Assembly (NCBI GenBank): GCA_963798845.1 | Contig: CAWCUS010000004.1 | Coordinates: 288,001 to 352,000 of the forward strand | Length of the DNA stretch: 64,000 nt | DNA from: an uncultured Gemmatimonadales bacterium | GTDB taxonomy: Bacteria; Gemmatimonadota; Gemmatimonadetes; Longimicrobiales; RSA9 | Direction of reading: 5' to 3' | The notes under the pieces: model-generated | Told to the model about the DNA's origin: nothing | Seen by the model: only the letters and a program-made list of their open reading frames with translations | Databases searched by the model: none | Translations under genes and position numbers: made by a program | Shown here: one piece after another, positions 1 to 9,536 of the stretch | How positions within the stretch are numbered: the first letter of the stretch is position 1 | How the letters are laid out: each line of letters opens with the position of its first letter

Positions 1-178
1 GGCCGCCCGCCACCTCGGCGACGCTGACGAACTGCATGAAGAGCGCCGGAAGCCCGGTCTGTCGCGCGAGCTCATCGGACGGCATGCCCAGTTTGGCCAC
101 GCCGGCAAACAGGAACAGGCCCGCGAGGGGGACCTGGAGGATCCACAGTACCACGTTGGCAGTCCTGGAGCGCTTCAT
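1..178 (-). CDS. DoxX-family membrane protein (partial, runs off the window start)
   Basis: Manual translation from ATG at 178: MKRSRTANVVLWILQVPLAGLFLFAGVAKLGMPSDELARQTGLPALFMQFVSVAEVAGG, a typical DoxX_2 N-terminus. GGAGG RBS upstream. Not in the ORF track. Confidence 0.8.
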   Translation of the reverse strand, partial: MKRSRTANVVLWILQVPLAGLFLFAGVAKLGMPSDELARQTGLPALFMQFVSVAEVAGG

Positions 179-238
179 CGTTCTCGACCTCCGCATAGGG
201 TTCTCGAGGCCGGGGCTCCTCCCCGGCTACACCCATGC

Positions 239-265
239 GTCGAACGAGCCGCCAGACAATCGACA
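239..265 (-). promoter_or_regulatory. ECF42-type promoter (TGTCGA-N17-CGAC) upstream of doxX
   Basis: Minus strand reads TGTCGA ttgtctggcggctcgtt CGAC. A near-identical motif lies upstream of yciI at 32974-33000. Confidence 0.65.
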
Positions 266-459
266 GGGGCGTCGGTCGCTGTGCGAGGCCGGAGGCGGCC
301 GGGAGGCAGGGGTCAGGGAATCCAAACGCCCCTCCGCTCGCCGCAGGGCCGCCCGTTTCGGAAGCCGCGGCTCGCGGCGCACGTCGTACACCGGCTCTGG
401 CGGGTGCGGGAAAAGTGGGCGCCGGTCGGGGCGGGCCAGCGGCGCCGCACCGGGGCCTT

Positions 460-603
460 CCCGCGCCTGATGAGCTCCTGGAATCGCGGATCGTCCCACA
501 GCGGCTGGACGACGGGGTCGATGCCGAAGAAGGGTGCGGAGCTGGAGCCGTAGTCGAGCGCTTCCTGGAAGGCGGCGACAGCGGCGTCCTCGTCGCCGAG
601 TCC
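460..603 (-). pseudogene. Orphan C-terminal fragment of a TolB_N/TPR signalling protein
   Basis: Translates as GLGDEDAAVAAFQEALDYGSSSAPFFGIDPVVQPLWDDPRFQELIRRG, matching the DP..DPLRxDPRFxxL tail of TPR kinases/cyclases. I found no start codon in the adjacent upstream codons. Confidence 0.6.
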
Positions 604-679
604 CCCGTGTTCCGGTTCGCGCTCGTCAGGTCGGGAGAGAGCCGGCGCGAGTAGCCGGCGCGGAGGGGCGGCGCTCCGG

Positions 680-3115
680 CTACTCGCTCCGTAGCGCGGA
701 GGCGGGCGGGATCCGGGTCGCCCGCCGCGCCGGGACCAGGCACGCGACCGCGGCCACGCCCAGCGTGAACAGAGCCACGGCGACGAATGTGGCCGGGTCC
801 GTCGCCCGGGTCTGGAACAGCATGCCGGTCAGGAGCCTGGCCCCGGCGAGCCCCCCGAACAGCCCCAGCGCCACGCCCAGCGCGGCCGGCCGCATTCCCT
901 GCCGCAGCACGAGCCCGAGCACCGACCGGGCGTCGGCGCCCAGCGCCATGCGCAGGCCGATCTCCCGCGTCCGCCCGGCCACCACGTAGGCGACGACGCC
1001 GTACACCCCCACCGCGGCCAGCACCACCGCGAGCACCGCGAACAGCGCCATCAGCAGGAACAGGAACCGGGGTTGGGCCAGCTGCTCGTCCACCATCGAC
1101 GCCATGCTGGACGGCCGGATCATCGGTACGTCCGCGTCCATGGCCTGGAGCTCGCCGCGCGCCGCGCGGAGCGCTCGCTCCGGCGGGATGCTCGTCCGCA
1201 GGACCACGCTCGCCGACGAGGCGCCCGACTGGGCGTACGGCACCCACAGCTCGGGCGACGGGTCGTTCGCCAGCCGCACCGTCCGCATGTCCGGCACCAC
1301 GCCCACGATCGTCCGCGGCCCTTCCTCCCGGTAGCCCAGCCAGACGCCCACGTTGATCTGCTCGCCGATCGCGTCCCGTCCCCCGAACTGGCGGTCCACC
1401 AGCGCCTGGTTCACCACCACCACGGGCGTGGCGCCGTGACGGTCCGCGGCCTCGAACGTCCGCCCCCGTGAAGCCTCCACTCCCAGCGTCGCGAAGAACC
1501 CGGGGTCCACCGCACGGATCACCGCCACCGGGTCGCGGCCGGACTCCGGCGGCGGCTGGTCGGCGCGCCGGAAGCTCGTGACGTTCTCCGACGGCCCCAG
1601 CGGCAGCCCGGCGGCGACGAGCCCGACGGCATCGATCCCCGGCATGGAGGCCAGACGCTGGCGCAGCTCCTCGAAGAAGCGGACCCGCGCGTCGGGATCC
1701 GGATAGCGCGCCCCCGGCAGCGCGGCCCGGAACTGCGCCACTCCCGACGTGGTGAAGCCCGGCTCCACGCTCTGCAGTCGCGCGAAGCTCCGCAACAGCA
1801 GCCCCGCGCCCAGCAGCAGCGTCAGCGAGAGCGCCACCTCCGCCACCAGCAGCGCGGCCCGGGAACGGCTCCGGTCACCGACCGCGCTCCCGCGCCCGCC
1901 TTCCCGGATGGATGCGGTGACGGGAATCCGGGCCAGGTGCAGCGCCGGCGCGAGCCCGAACAGCAGTGCCGTGAGGAGCGCCATTCCCAGCGCGAACATC
2001 AGCGACACGCCGTCCAGTGACACGTCCCCGAAGCGCGGCAGGCCCTCCGGCGCCAACCCCAGGAGGAGGTCCACCCCTTCCGACGCCAGCAGCACGCCGA
2101 CCCCCGCGCCGATGAGCGACAGGACCAGGCTCTCCGTCAGCACCTGGGCCAGCAGCCGCGCACGGCCGGCCCCCAGCGCCGCCCGCACCGCCACCTCCTC
2201 CGCCCGCGACGCGCCCCGCGCCAGCAGCAGGTTCGCCACGTTCGCGCACGCGATCAGCAGGACCATCCCCACCGCCAGCAGCAGGATCAGGAGCGGCGTC
2301 CGCAGATTCCCGACGATCGCCTCCCGCAGCGTCGACACCTCGGCGGTCATGTCCCGGTTCGCCTCCGGGTACTCCGCCTCCAGCCCCGCCGCGATGGCGT
2401 GCATCTCCTCCCGCGCCTGCCCCACCGTGGCCCCCGGCGCCAGCCGGCCGATCCCGTCCAGGTACACGCAGCCGCGACCGCACGTCTCGTCATCGTTCTG
2501 CACCGGCAGCCACAGCTCGGCGCCCGTCGGCACGTCCAGCCCCTCCGGAGCGACCCCCACGATCTCACGCGGACGACCCGACACCTCCACCGTCCGCCCC
2601 AGCACGTCCGGACTCCCGCCGAACCGCGTCTGCCACATCCCGTACGACACGACCGCCACGTCCGGCCCCCCCGGAAGGTCCTCCTCCTCCGTGAACTCCC
2701 GGCCCAGCGCCAGCGGGCGACCCAGGACCCCGAAGAATCCGGGCGTTACCTTCCCCGCTCGCACCGCCTCCGCTCCGCCCTCCTGGCCCGTGAGCACCGC
2801 GGTCGCGCCGCTGTAGAGCGCCATCGACGGGATGGTCCGGCTCGACCGGCGCCAGTCCAGGAAGTTCAGGTGCGGAACACTCCCCCCCAGCGCCCGCCCC
2901 GCCCCCGGCTCCTTCACGTCGTGCTGCCACAGCGCCACCACGCGGTCCGGGTGCGGGTATGGCAGCGGGCTCAACACCACCGCGTGCACCACGCTGAAGA
3001 TCGCCGTCGTCGCCCCCACGCCCAGCGCCAGTGTGAGAACTGCCACAGCGGTGAACCCTGGCCGCCGTGCCAGCGACCGGAAGGCGAATCGGAGGTCCTG
3101 AATCAGGTTATCCAT
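680..3115 (-). CDS. ADOP/MacB-like duplicated ABC permease (MacB_PCD + FtsX x2)
   Basis: MDNLIQDLRFAFRSLARRPGF start; LLIACANVANLLLAR; RTREIGLRMALGA; PARRATRIPPASALRSE. Start moved to ATG 3115. Confidence 0.92.
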   Translation of the reverse strand: MDNLIQDLRFAFRSLARRPGFTAVAVLTLALGVGATTAIFSVVHAVVLSPLPYPHPDRVVALWQHDVKEPGAGRALGGSVPHLNFLDWRRSSRTIPSMALYSGATAVLTGQEGGAEAVRAGKVTPGFFGVLGRPLALGREFTEEEDLPGGPDVAVVSYGMWQTRFGGSPDVLGRTVEVSGRPREIVGVAPEGLDVPTGAELWLPVQNDDETCGRGCVYLDGIGRLAPGATVGQAREEMHAIAAGLEAEYPEANRDMTAEVSTLREAIVGNLRTPLLILLLAVGMVLLIACANVANLLLARGASRAEEVAVRAALGAGRARLLAQVLTESLVLSLIGAGVGVLLASEGVDLLLGLAPEGLPRFGDVSLDGVSLMFALGMALLTALLFGLAPALHLARIPVTASIREGGRGSAVGDRSRSRAALLVAEVALSLTLLLGAGLLLRSFARLQSVEPGFTTSGVAQFRAALPGARYPDPDARVRFFEELRQRLASMPGIDAVGLVAAGLPLGPSENVTSFRRADQPPPESGRDPVAVIRAVDPGFFATLGVEASRGRTFEAADRHGATPVVVVNQALVDRQFGGRDAIGEQINVGVWLGYREEGPRTIVGVVPDMRTVRLANDPSPELWVPYAQSGASSASVVLRTSIPPERALRAARGELQAMDADVPMIRPSSMASMVDEQLAQPRFLFLLMALFAVLAVVLAAVGVYGVVAYVVAGRTREIGLRMALGADARSVLGLVLRQGMRPAALGVALGLFGGLAGARLLTGMLFQTRATDPATFVAVALFTLGVAAVACLVPARRATRIPPASALRSE

Positions 3116-3326
3116 GGCCGGAACCCGGAGGCAGGGAGTGTTCCGAACCCCGTGGGATTCCACGCATCTCGCGCGTCGCCAACGGGTTCGCCGCCGAGCG
3201 AGGCCGCCCGTTCCGCGCCCCGAGTGTCCGGTTCCGGGAAAATCGGTCCCATTGTGGACGGCCGGCGCCCCCACCGCGCGGCGCGCCCTCGAGCGAGAGG
3301 CCGGGCCATTGACAGCGCCGCCGAGC

Positions 3327-3375
3327 GTGACAATTTCAGCCGGCGATTCTGGGACATTTTCAACCGCCGCCTACA
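3327..3375 (-). mobile_element. Orphan IS21-family-like terminal repeat
   Basis: Minus strand TGTAGGCGGCGGTTGAAAATGTCCCAGAATCGCCGGCTGAAATTGTCAC: TG terminus plus two ~20-bp sub-terminal repeats 24 bp apart. No istA/istB in the window. Confidence 0.6.
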
Positions 3376-3870
3376 CGCGCCGGCCGTCGGCGGCGGCCCT
3401 GGCGGCCCACACCCAAGCCCACACCCTCCCGTCGGAACTGCCCAGATTCCCTGACACCACGGTACGGCCACCGATTCCGTGTGGCTAAGCCCGGACTGCG
3501 GCGAGCCACGTGAGCGAGTTGAGCGGGCGTGCTCGCTCGGGTACAGGAAGCGGGTAACACCAGAGGTAACAGCGTCGGCGGTATTGTGAGCGTAAGTGGT
3601 TAGGATGAAGGGCGCTGCGGCCTTGACAGGGGCCATGCCGGCCGCGAGCGCGGCGATGATCGAGCATGGAGCGTCCCTCGGGTCCTCCCGGGGTCCGGGT
3701 GCCGTGCCGCTCGACCACCCCGGCCGCGCCGCTGGGTCCCGCCTCCATCCTGCGGGCGCCCGACTATTACGGGCCGATTAAACGCTCTCGGATAACCCCG
3801 CCGCGCGAAGTTCCCCTCACGACGCGGCCGACCGGCCGGGAAGGAGGACGCAGGACGCGGAGGTGGGAGG

Positions 3871-4452
3871 ATGATCGAGGCAGTCGTGCAGACGAATGGC
3901 TCAGAGACGGTCTACCGGCGGGCGGGGAGCGGGCGACCCGTGCTGCTGCTGGTTCGGGACGCGGCCCTCCGGGATCGGCTGCTCTCCGACCTCTCCGGCG
4001 GGTGTCGGGTCGTCGCGCCGGTGATGCCCCCGGAGGTGGCGGATGCCGCGAGCGGGCCGGCGAGGGGCGAGGTCGGCGGTGGGCCCGGCGCGGACGGGGA
4101 CGCGCCGTTTGGCGCGTGGCTGCGGGGCGTCATCGACGGGCTCGGGCTCTCGGCCCCGGCCCTCGTCGCCGGCCCCGAGCTCGCCCCGGCGGTCCTCGCC
4201 TTCGCCGTGGCGGACCCGGACCGGGCGGAGCGTGTCGTGGTTCTGGGCGGTCCGGCAGCCGGGGCCGTTCCGACGAGGCACCCGCTGATCCAGATCGTCG
4301 GCGTGCGCCAGGCCCAGGACGGAGGGGGTGACGGGGTGCGGCCGGCGGCCGAGCCGCGATCAGCCGACGACGACCCGTCGGCGACCCTGGCCGCGCTCCG
4401 GGCGTTTCTCGGCGGACCGAGCGGCTGCGGCGGCGGGCCTACCCGCCCCTGA
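3871..4452 (+). CDS. Degenerate alpha/beta-hydrolase-fold-like protein
   Basis: GGGAGG RBS. TVYRRAGSGRPVLLL, WLRGVIDGLGL and FAVADPDRAERVVVL resemble the hydrolase scaffold, but there is no HG or GxSxG motif. Confidence 0.55.
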   Translation: MIEAVVQTNGSETVYRRAGSGRPVLLLVRDAALRDRLLSDLSGGCRVVAPVMPPEVADAASGPARGEVGGGPGADGDAPFGAWLRGVIDGLGLSAPALVAGPELAPAVLAFAVADPDRAERVVVLGGPAAGAVPTRHPLIQIVGVRQAQDGGGDGVRPAAEPRSADDDPSATLAALRAFLGGPSGCGGGPTRP

Positions 4453-7337
4453 TCCGACGGTAGACCTCCTCCGTCTCGGGCTCCGGCGCGGCCTCGAACT
4501 CGTCCCGGAGCAGCGCGGCCAGCCGTTCGTAGTGGCGGATGGCGCGGGCGCGCTCGCCGGAGCGGCTCCACGCCAGCATCAGGCGACGGTGGGCCTGTTC
4601 GTTCAGCTCCTCCCGCACCGTGATGGCGTGCCAGGTCTCCGCGGCCGCGGCGAGCTCGCCGGCCTTCTCGAGGGCGTCGCCGAGGGCGAGGGACAGGTCG
4701 ACGAAGAGGCGGCGCAGCCGGTCGCGCTCGTCCTCGACCCAGCCCCCCGCCACCTCGTCCTGGAGCAGGTCGCCGCGGTAGAGTGCGAGGGCGGCGCGGA
4801 TGTCGGCCGGGGTCGCGTCGTCGACAGAGCGGAGCACGGCGCGGGCGGCACTCTCGAACTCGGCGGCATCGAAGCGGGTGGCGAGGCCGGGGGGCAGGCG
4901 GTAGCGGCCGTGGTCGATGACGACGCTGTCGGCGCCGCCCAGCGCCTTGCGCAGGTGGTGCAGGGTGACGTGGAAGCTGTTCTTCGCCTGGGCCGTGGAC
5001 GACCCGGGCCACATGGCCTGCCCGATCTGCTCCCGCGTCCGGCCGGCCGGGTGGAGGAGCAGGTGGACGAGCAGCTCCTTCGGCTTGGCGTAGGCCCAGG
5101 AGTCCGCAGGGACGGGGGCGCCGTCCAGCTCGACAGTGAACGGTCCGAGAGCCCCGACGTGGAGCCCGGTGGCGATCGCGAACGGGGCGGCCGACCGGGC
5201 CGCGGCCGCCGCGGCGTCCGGCTCCGGCTCCGCCCCGATCGCCTCCCGCACCGCCTCGTCCAGCCTGAGGCCGTGTCCCTCCGCCCACGCGGCCCTGAAC
5301 GCGCCGGCGCCATCGCCGCCCATCTCCCGCGGCGATCAGCGGCTCCATCCGGGCGGCATCGAGGGCGAACGGGCGGGCGCCCACCAGCTCCCGGACGGCC
5401 TCGGCGGCGCCGAACATCCGAGCCGCCTCGGGGACCTGGCCGCGCCGGAGCCGGAGTTCGCCGACGCCGTCCAGGGCGCGGGCGATGAAGACGTAGGACG
5501 GGTCGTCGCGGGAGACCGCGAGCGCCTCCCGCAGGAGGGGCTCGGCGGCGTCCCGCTCGCCGTGCTCGAGGTGGACCGCGGCCAGGTTCTGGAGGGCGAT
5601 GGCGAGCTCGCGGTCGTGGCCGAACCGCCGAGCTATGGCGACGGCCTCCCGGTTCAGCCGGATGGCCGTCTCGCAGTCGCCCACGCGGTGGCTCCCGCCG
5701 GCCTGGAGCATGAGGGAGAGGCGCAGGCCGTAGTCGTCGCCGTGAGCGCGGAACCACGCGCCGGCCCTTTGCGCGGCCTCCCGGCCGTCGGGCCGCCCCT
5801 CCTGTCCCCAGGTCATGGCGACGTAGTTCAGCGCGTAGGCCTCGAGGCGGTCGTGGCCGTGGGCGGCGGCGAGGGCGGCGCTCTCCTGCAGGCGGGGTCG
5901 GGCCGCGGAAGGGCTCGCCTGCAGGGCCAGCAGAGCGCCGGACGCGAACAGGAGCGCCGCCCGGGCGCGGCCGGGCTCCGCGGCCTGCGGGAGCGCCAGC
6001 GCCTCCTCCATCCACCGCCCGCTCTCCGCCCAGTGGCGGGTCGAGTACCAGAACCACCACAGCCGGCCGACCAGGTCGATGTGCCCATGCGGGTCGTGGG
6101 CTCGGCTCCAGGCCAGCGCCTCCCGGATGTTGTCCATCTCCGGGAGCAGCCGCTCGAACGCGGCCCGCCGCCGCGGCGTCGTGAACTCCGGCTCCGCCGC
6201 CTCGACCGCGGCCGCCACCCACGCGAAATGCAGGCGACGAACTGCGTGCTCCTCCCCGGATTCCCGCAGCCGCTCCAGCCCGTACTGCCGGACCGTCTCC
6301 AGGGGCGCGTACCGGGCGGCGCCACCGTGCTCCCGCACCACCACCAGCGAGCGGTCCGCGAGGCCGGCGACCAGGTCCAGCACGTCTGCCGGTTGCAGCG
6401 GGTCCCCGGCGCAGACCGCCTCCGCGGCATCCAGCGTGAGCCCGCCCCGGAACACGGACTGCCGGCGGAACAGCGCCCGATGCGCCTCATCCAGCAGGTC
6501 GTGGCTCCAGTCGATGGCGGCCCGGAGGGTCCGGTGTCGGGGGATGGCGGTGCGCCCACCCGCGGCGAGCAGACGGAAGGCGTCGTCGAGGCGGGCGCGG
6601 ATCTGCTCGGGGGGGAGCACCCGGACCCGGGCGGCGGCGAGCTCGATCGCCAGCGGGATCCCGTCCAGGCGCCGGCACACCTCCACGACCGCGGAGGCGT
6701 TGGTCGCCGTGAGCGCGAAGTCGGGCGCCGTGTCCCGGGCCCGGTCGACGAACAGCCGGACGGCCTCGGCCTCTCCCATCACCGCCACGGGGGCATCGAG
6801 GTCCGCCGGCAGCCCGAGGGGCGGGACGAGCCACGCCCGCTCGCCGCGGACGCCCAGCGCCTCGCGGCTCGTCGCGAGGATGCGGAGTCCGGGGCAGCCG
6901 CGGAGCAGCGCATGGGCCAGGGCGGCGCAGTCGTCGACCAGGTGCTCGCAGTTGTCCAGCACGAGCACGGCGTCGCGGCCGCGGAGCAGCGCCACAAGGG
7001 CGTCCACGTCCCGGACCTCCTCCGCCAGCCCGAACGCGGCAGCGATCCGGCGGGGGACCAGCGAGCCGGAATCCAGCGACGCCAACTCCGCCCAGGCGAC
7101 CGCCTTGCCCGCGCCGCCCCGGGCCACCAGCTCCGCGGCCAGCCGCGTCTTCCCGCTTCCGCCCGCGCCCGTCAGCGTGAGCAGGCGGGACTCGGCCAGC
7201 AGCCGCTCCAGGTCGGCGAGCTCCGTCGCCCGGCCGACGAACGTGGTCAGCTCGAGGACGTCCTCGGGGAGCGTGGACGCAGAGCCGGCCACGGCTGGAT
7301 CGGCGGCGTCCGGAGGCGGCAGCTGCATGGTGGCCAT
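4439..7337 (-). CDS. STAND/NB-ARC ATPase + TPR + C-terminal wHTH-BTAD transcriptional regulator (frameshift near 5325)
   Basis: Walker A GAGGSGKT, LVLDNCEH, ILATSRE and LDGIPLAIELAAAR, then TPRs. Continues in ORF 4439..5323 with ALGPFTV, KELLVHLL, LYRGDLL, EELNEQAHRRLM and APEPET (BTAD). Confidence 0.85.
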
Positions 7338-7438
7338 CGGCCGCGGGGCAGGAGGACGGGCCCTCCGGACGCCGGTCGGGGTCCGGAGGGCGATCCTTGA
7401 AGTTCTGATCGCACCCTTCCGGTGTCAATCACATCGGC

Positions 7439-9139
7439 TCACGGCCGCGGCTGCCACGCCGGGTGCTCCTTGTGCTGCCAGTCGGTCGGGTACGCGTCCG
7501 TGTTCCACGTCCGCTGCGCGACCCCGGTGCCATCCGCGCGGGCGGTGAAGATCTGGTATGTCGACGCGGCGTCCTTCGACGAGAAGGCGACGAGCTGCCC
7601 GTCGGGCGACCACGCGGGCGCGAACTGTCCGAAGGGCAGCGACGCGATCAGCCGCAGCGCCCCGCTCGCCGGGTTCACCGCCCAGATGTCGCCCAGCCGC
7701 TCGAAGGCGATGGCTGCCCCGTCCGGCGACCACGAAGGCGCCTGGTCGTACTGCGCGCCCGTCGTCACCTGCACCCGGTCCGTGCCATCCTGCGCCATGG
7801 TCCAGATGTGGGCCTCGGCGCCCATGGCGTAGGCGTAGGCGATCCGCCCGGTGGCCGACCAGGACGGGTAGCTCTGATTGCCGCCCAGATCGGGCGTGAG
7901 GTTCGTCGTCTGGAGGTCCGAGCGGCGGACCGTCCAGATCTCCGTGCCCTCGCCCGCCGGACGATGGCGGAATGCGATCCGCTCGCCGTCCGGCGACCAC
8001 GTCGGCTGGTCGTCGTCGCCCGTGGTCAGCTCGACGATCTGGGTGGCGTCCCGGTTCACGATCCAGATCCCGCGCGATCCCGTGGAGTCGTTCCGGACTA
8101 CCGCGATCCACTCGCCATCCGGCGAGACGGCCGGGTCGCTGGCCCAGCGGGCGTTGCCGAAGATGCGCTGGAACGCCGAGCTGGGCGCGGCGATGTCCGT
8201 GCGGAACACCTGTGTCATCGTGCCCGTGAACATCTGGAAGACCAGATCGTAGTCCACCGTCAGTCGAACGCGGACCTGCGCGGACGCGGTCTTGCCGTCG
8301 ACCCTCGCCGTGATGGTGGCGAGCCCCGTCCGGACGGCCCGCACGACGCCGCCGGCGGACACGTAGGCGACGGTCTCATCACTCGTCGTCCACAGCACCG
8401 GCTTGTCCGGCACCGGCTGCCCCTGCGCGTCCAGCGGCGTGGCCGTCAGCTGTCGGAGCACGCCCTCGTCCAGCACCAGCGAGTCCGCGTCCAGCTCCAC
8501 GCTGGCCACGGGACCGGTCGAGGTGACCCGCTCGATGGTGAACGACAGCGCCGTCGACGCGCCGCCGCCCGGCGCCGAGGTCACCACCGTCACGTCCGCC
8601 GCCCCCTCCGCCGCCACGTCCTCCGCCCCGATCTGCGCCGCCAGCTCCGTCGCGCTCACCAGCGTGCTCGGCCGCTCCGCGCCGTTCCACCGCACCCGCG
8701 AGTCGTGCGTGAACCCCGTCCCCATTACCGTCAGCGTGAACGCCGAGGTGCCTTCCGGCGTCGACGCGGGCTGCAGCGCCGACAGCGTCGGCGCCGGATT
8801 CCATACCGCCAGCACCGCCTCGCCCGACTTCCCGCCTGCCGTGGCCGTCACCTGCACCGCGCCCGCCCGCACCGCCGTGATTCGCGCCTGACGCCCCCGC
8901 GCCAGGATCGTCACGCGCGCCGCTTCCGACGCCGCCCAGGTCACGGGCACGTCCACCAGGTCCCCGGCCGCCGTCCGCGGCTCCGCCGTCAGCCGGAGCG
9001 TGTCCCCCACCAGCAGCGTCGCCGTGGCCGGCCCCACCTGCACCACGTCCACCCGCGGGTCCAGACCGCCCACGGGATCCAGTCCGTCGTCACAGGCGCC
9101 GACCAGCAGCGCCAGGAACAGCAGTGCCATCCGCCTCAT
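7439..9139 (-). CDS. Lipoprotein with Big_2/IPT Ig domains and a TolB-like PD40 propeller
   Basis: Lipobox LVGAC; Ig motifs (WTTSDETVAYVSAGGVV, NPAPTLSALQP); repeated PxWSPDG; GGAGG RBS. Confidence 0.85.
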   Translation of the reverse strand: MRRMALLFLALLVGACDDGLDPVGGLDPRVDVVQVGPATATLLVGDTLRLTAEPRTAAGDLVDVPVTWAASEAARVTILARGRQARITAVRAGAVQVTATAGGKSGEAVLAVWNPAPTLSALQPASTPEGTSAFTLTVMGTGFTHDSRVRWNGAERPSTLVSATELAAQIGAEDVAAEGAADVTVVTSAPGGGASTALSFTIERVTSTGPVASVELDADSLVLDEGVLRQLTATPLDAQGQPVPDKPVLWTTSDETVAYVSAGGVVRAVRTGLATITARVDGKTASAQVRVRLTVDYDLVFQMFTGTMTQVFRTDIAAPSSAFQRIFGNARWASDPAVSPDGEWIAVVRNDSTGSRGIWIVNRDATQIVELTTGDDDQPTWSPDGERIAFRHRPAGEGTEIWTVRRSDLQTTNLTPDLGGNQSYPSWSATGRIAYAYAMGAEAHIWTMAQDGTDRVQVTTGAQYDQAPSWSPDGAAIAFERLGDIWAVNPASGALRLIASLPFGQFAPAWSPDGQLVAFSSKDAASTYQIFTARADGTGVAQRTWNTDAYPTDWQHKEHPAWQPRP

Positions 9140-9536
9140 GAGTTCCTCCCCCGTCCTGTCTCCGTTCCGTTGCGAGCACCGGCGACGGCCGGCGTCGGCT
9201 GCGACTGAGGAACGGTGGCGAACCGGGGTTTGGCAGGCGGTTAGGGGCGCTTAAACGGCCGGGGACGGCGCGCGGGCGTGCAGGCGCTCGCTCCGGTTCC
9301 TACTCCCGCCGGGGTCATGCCGCGGGTATCCGTGCGCGCCTGGGAGCGACGGACCTGTTCGAGGCGGGCCGGCCACTTTCCGCTTGCCCGTAGGCGGTGT
9401 GCCGCCAGTCCTTGACCCGTTCCAGACGGGCTGGCCATGTCTCGCTCAGATCAGGCTTCGGTCGCGAACTCGAGATCGGCGAGACGCGAGGGTCGGCGAG
9501 CCGCGGGCGGCCCCTCGGGCGGAGAGGGTCGCGCGG

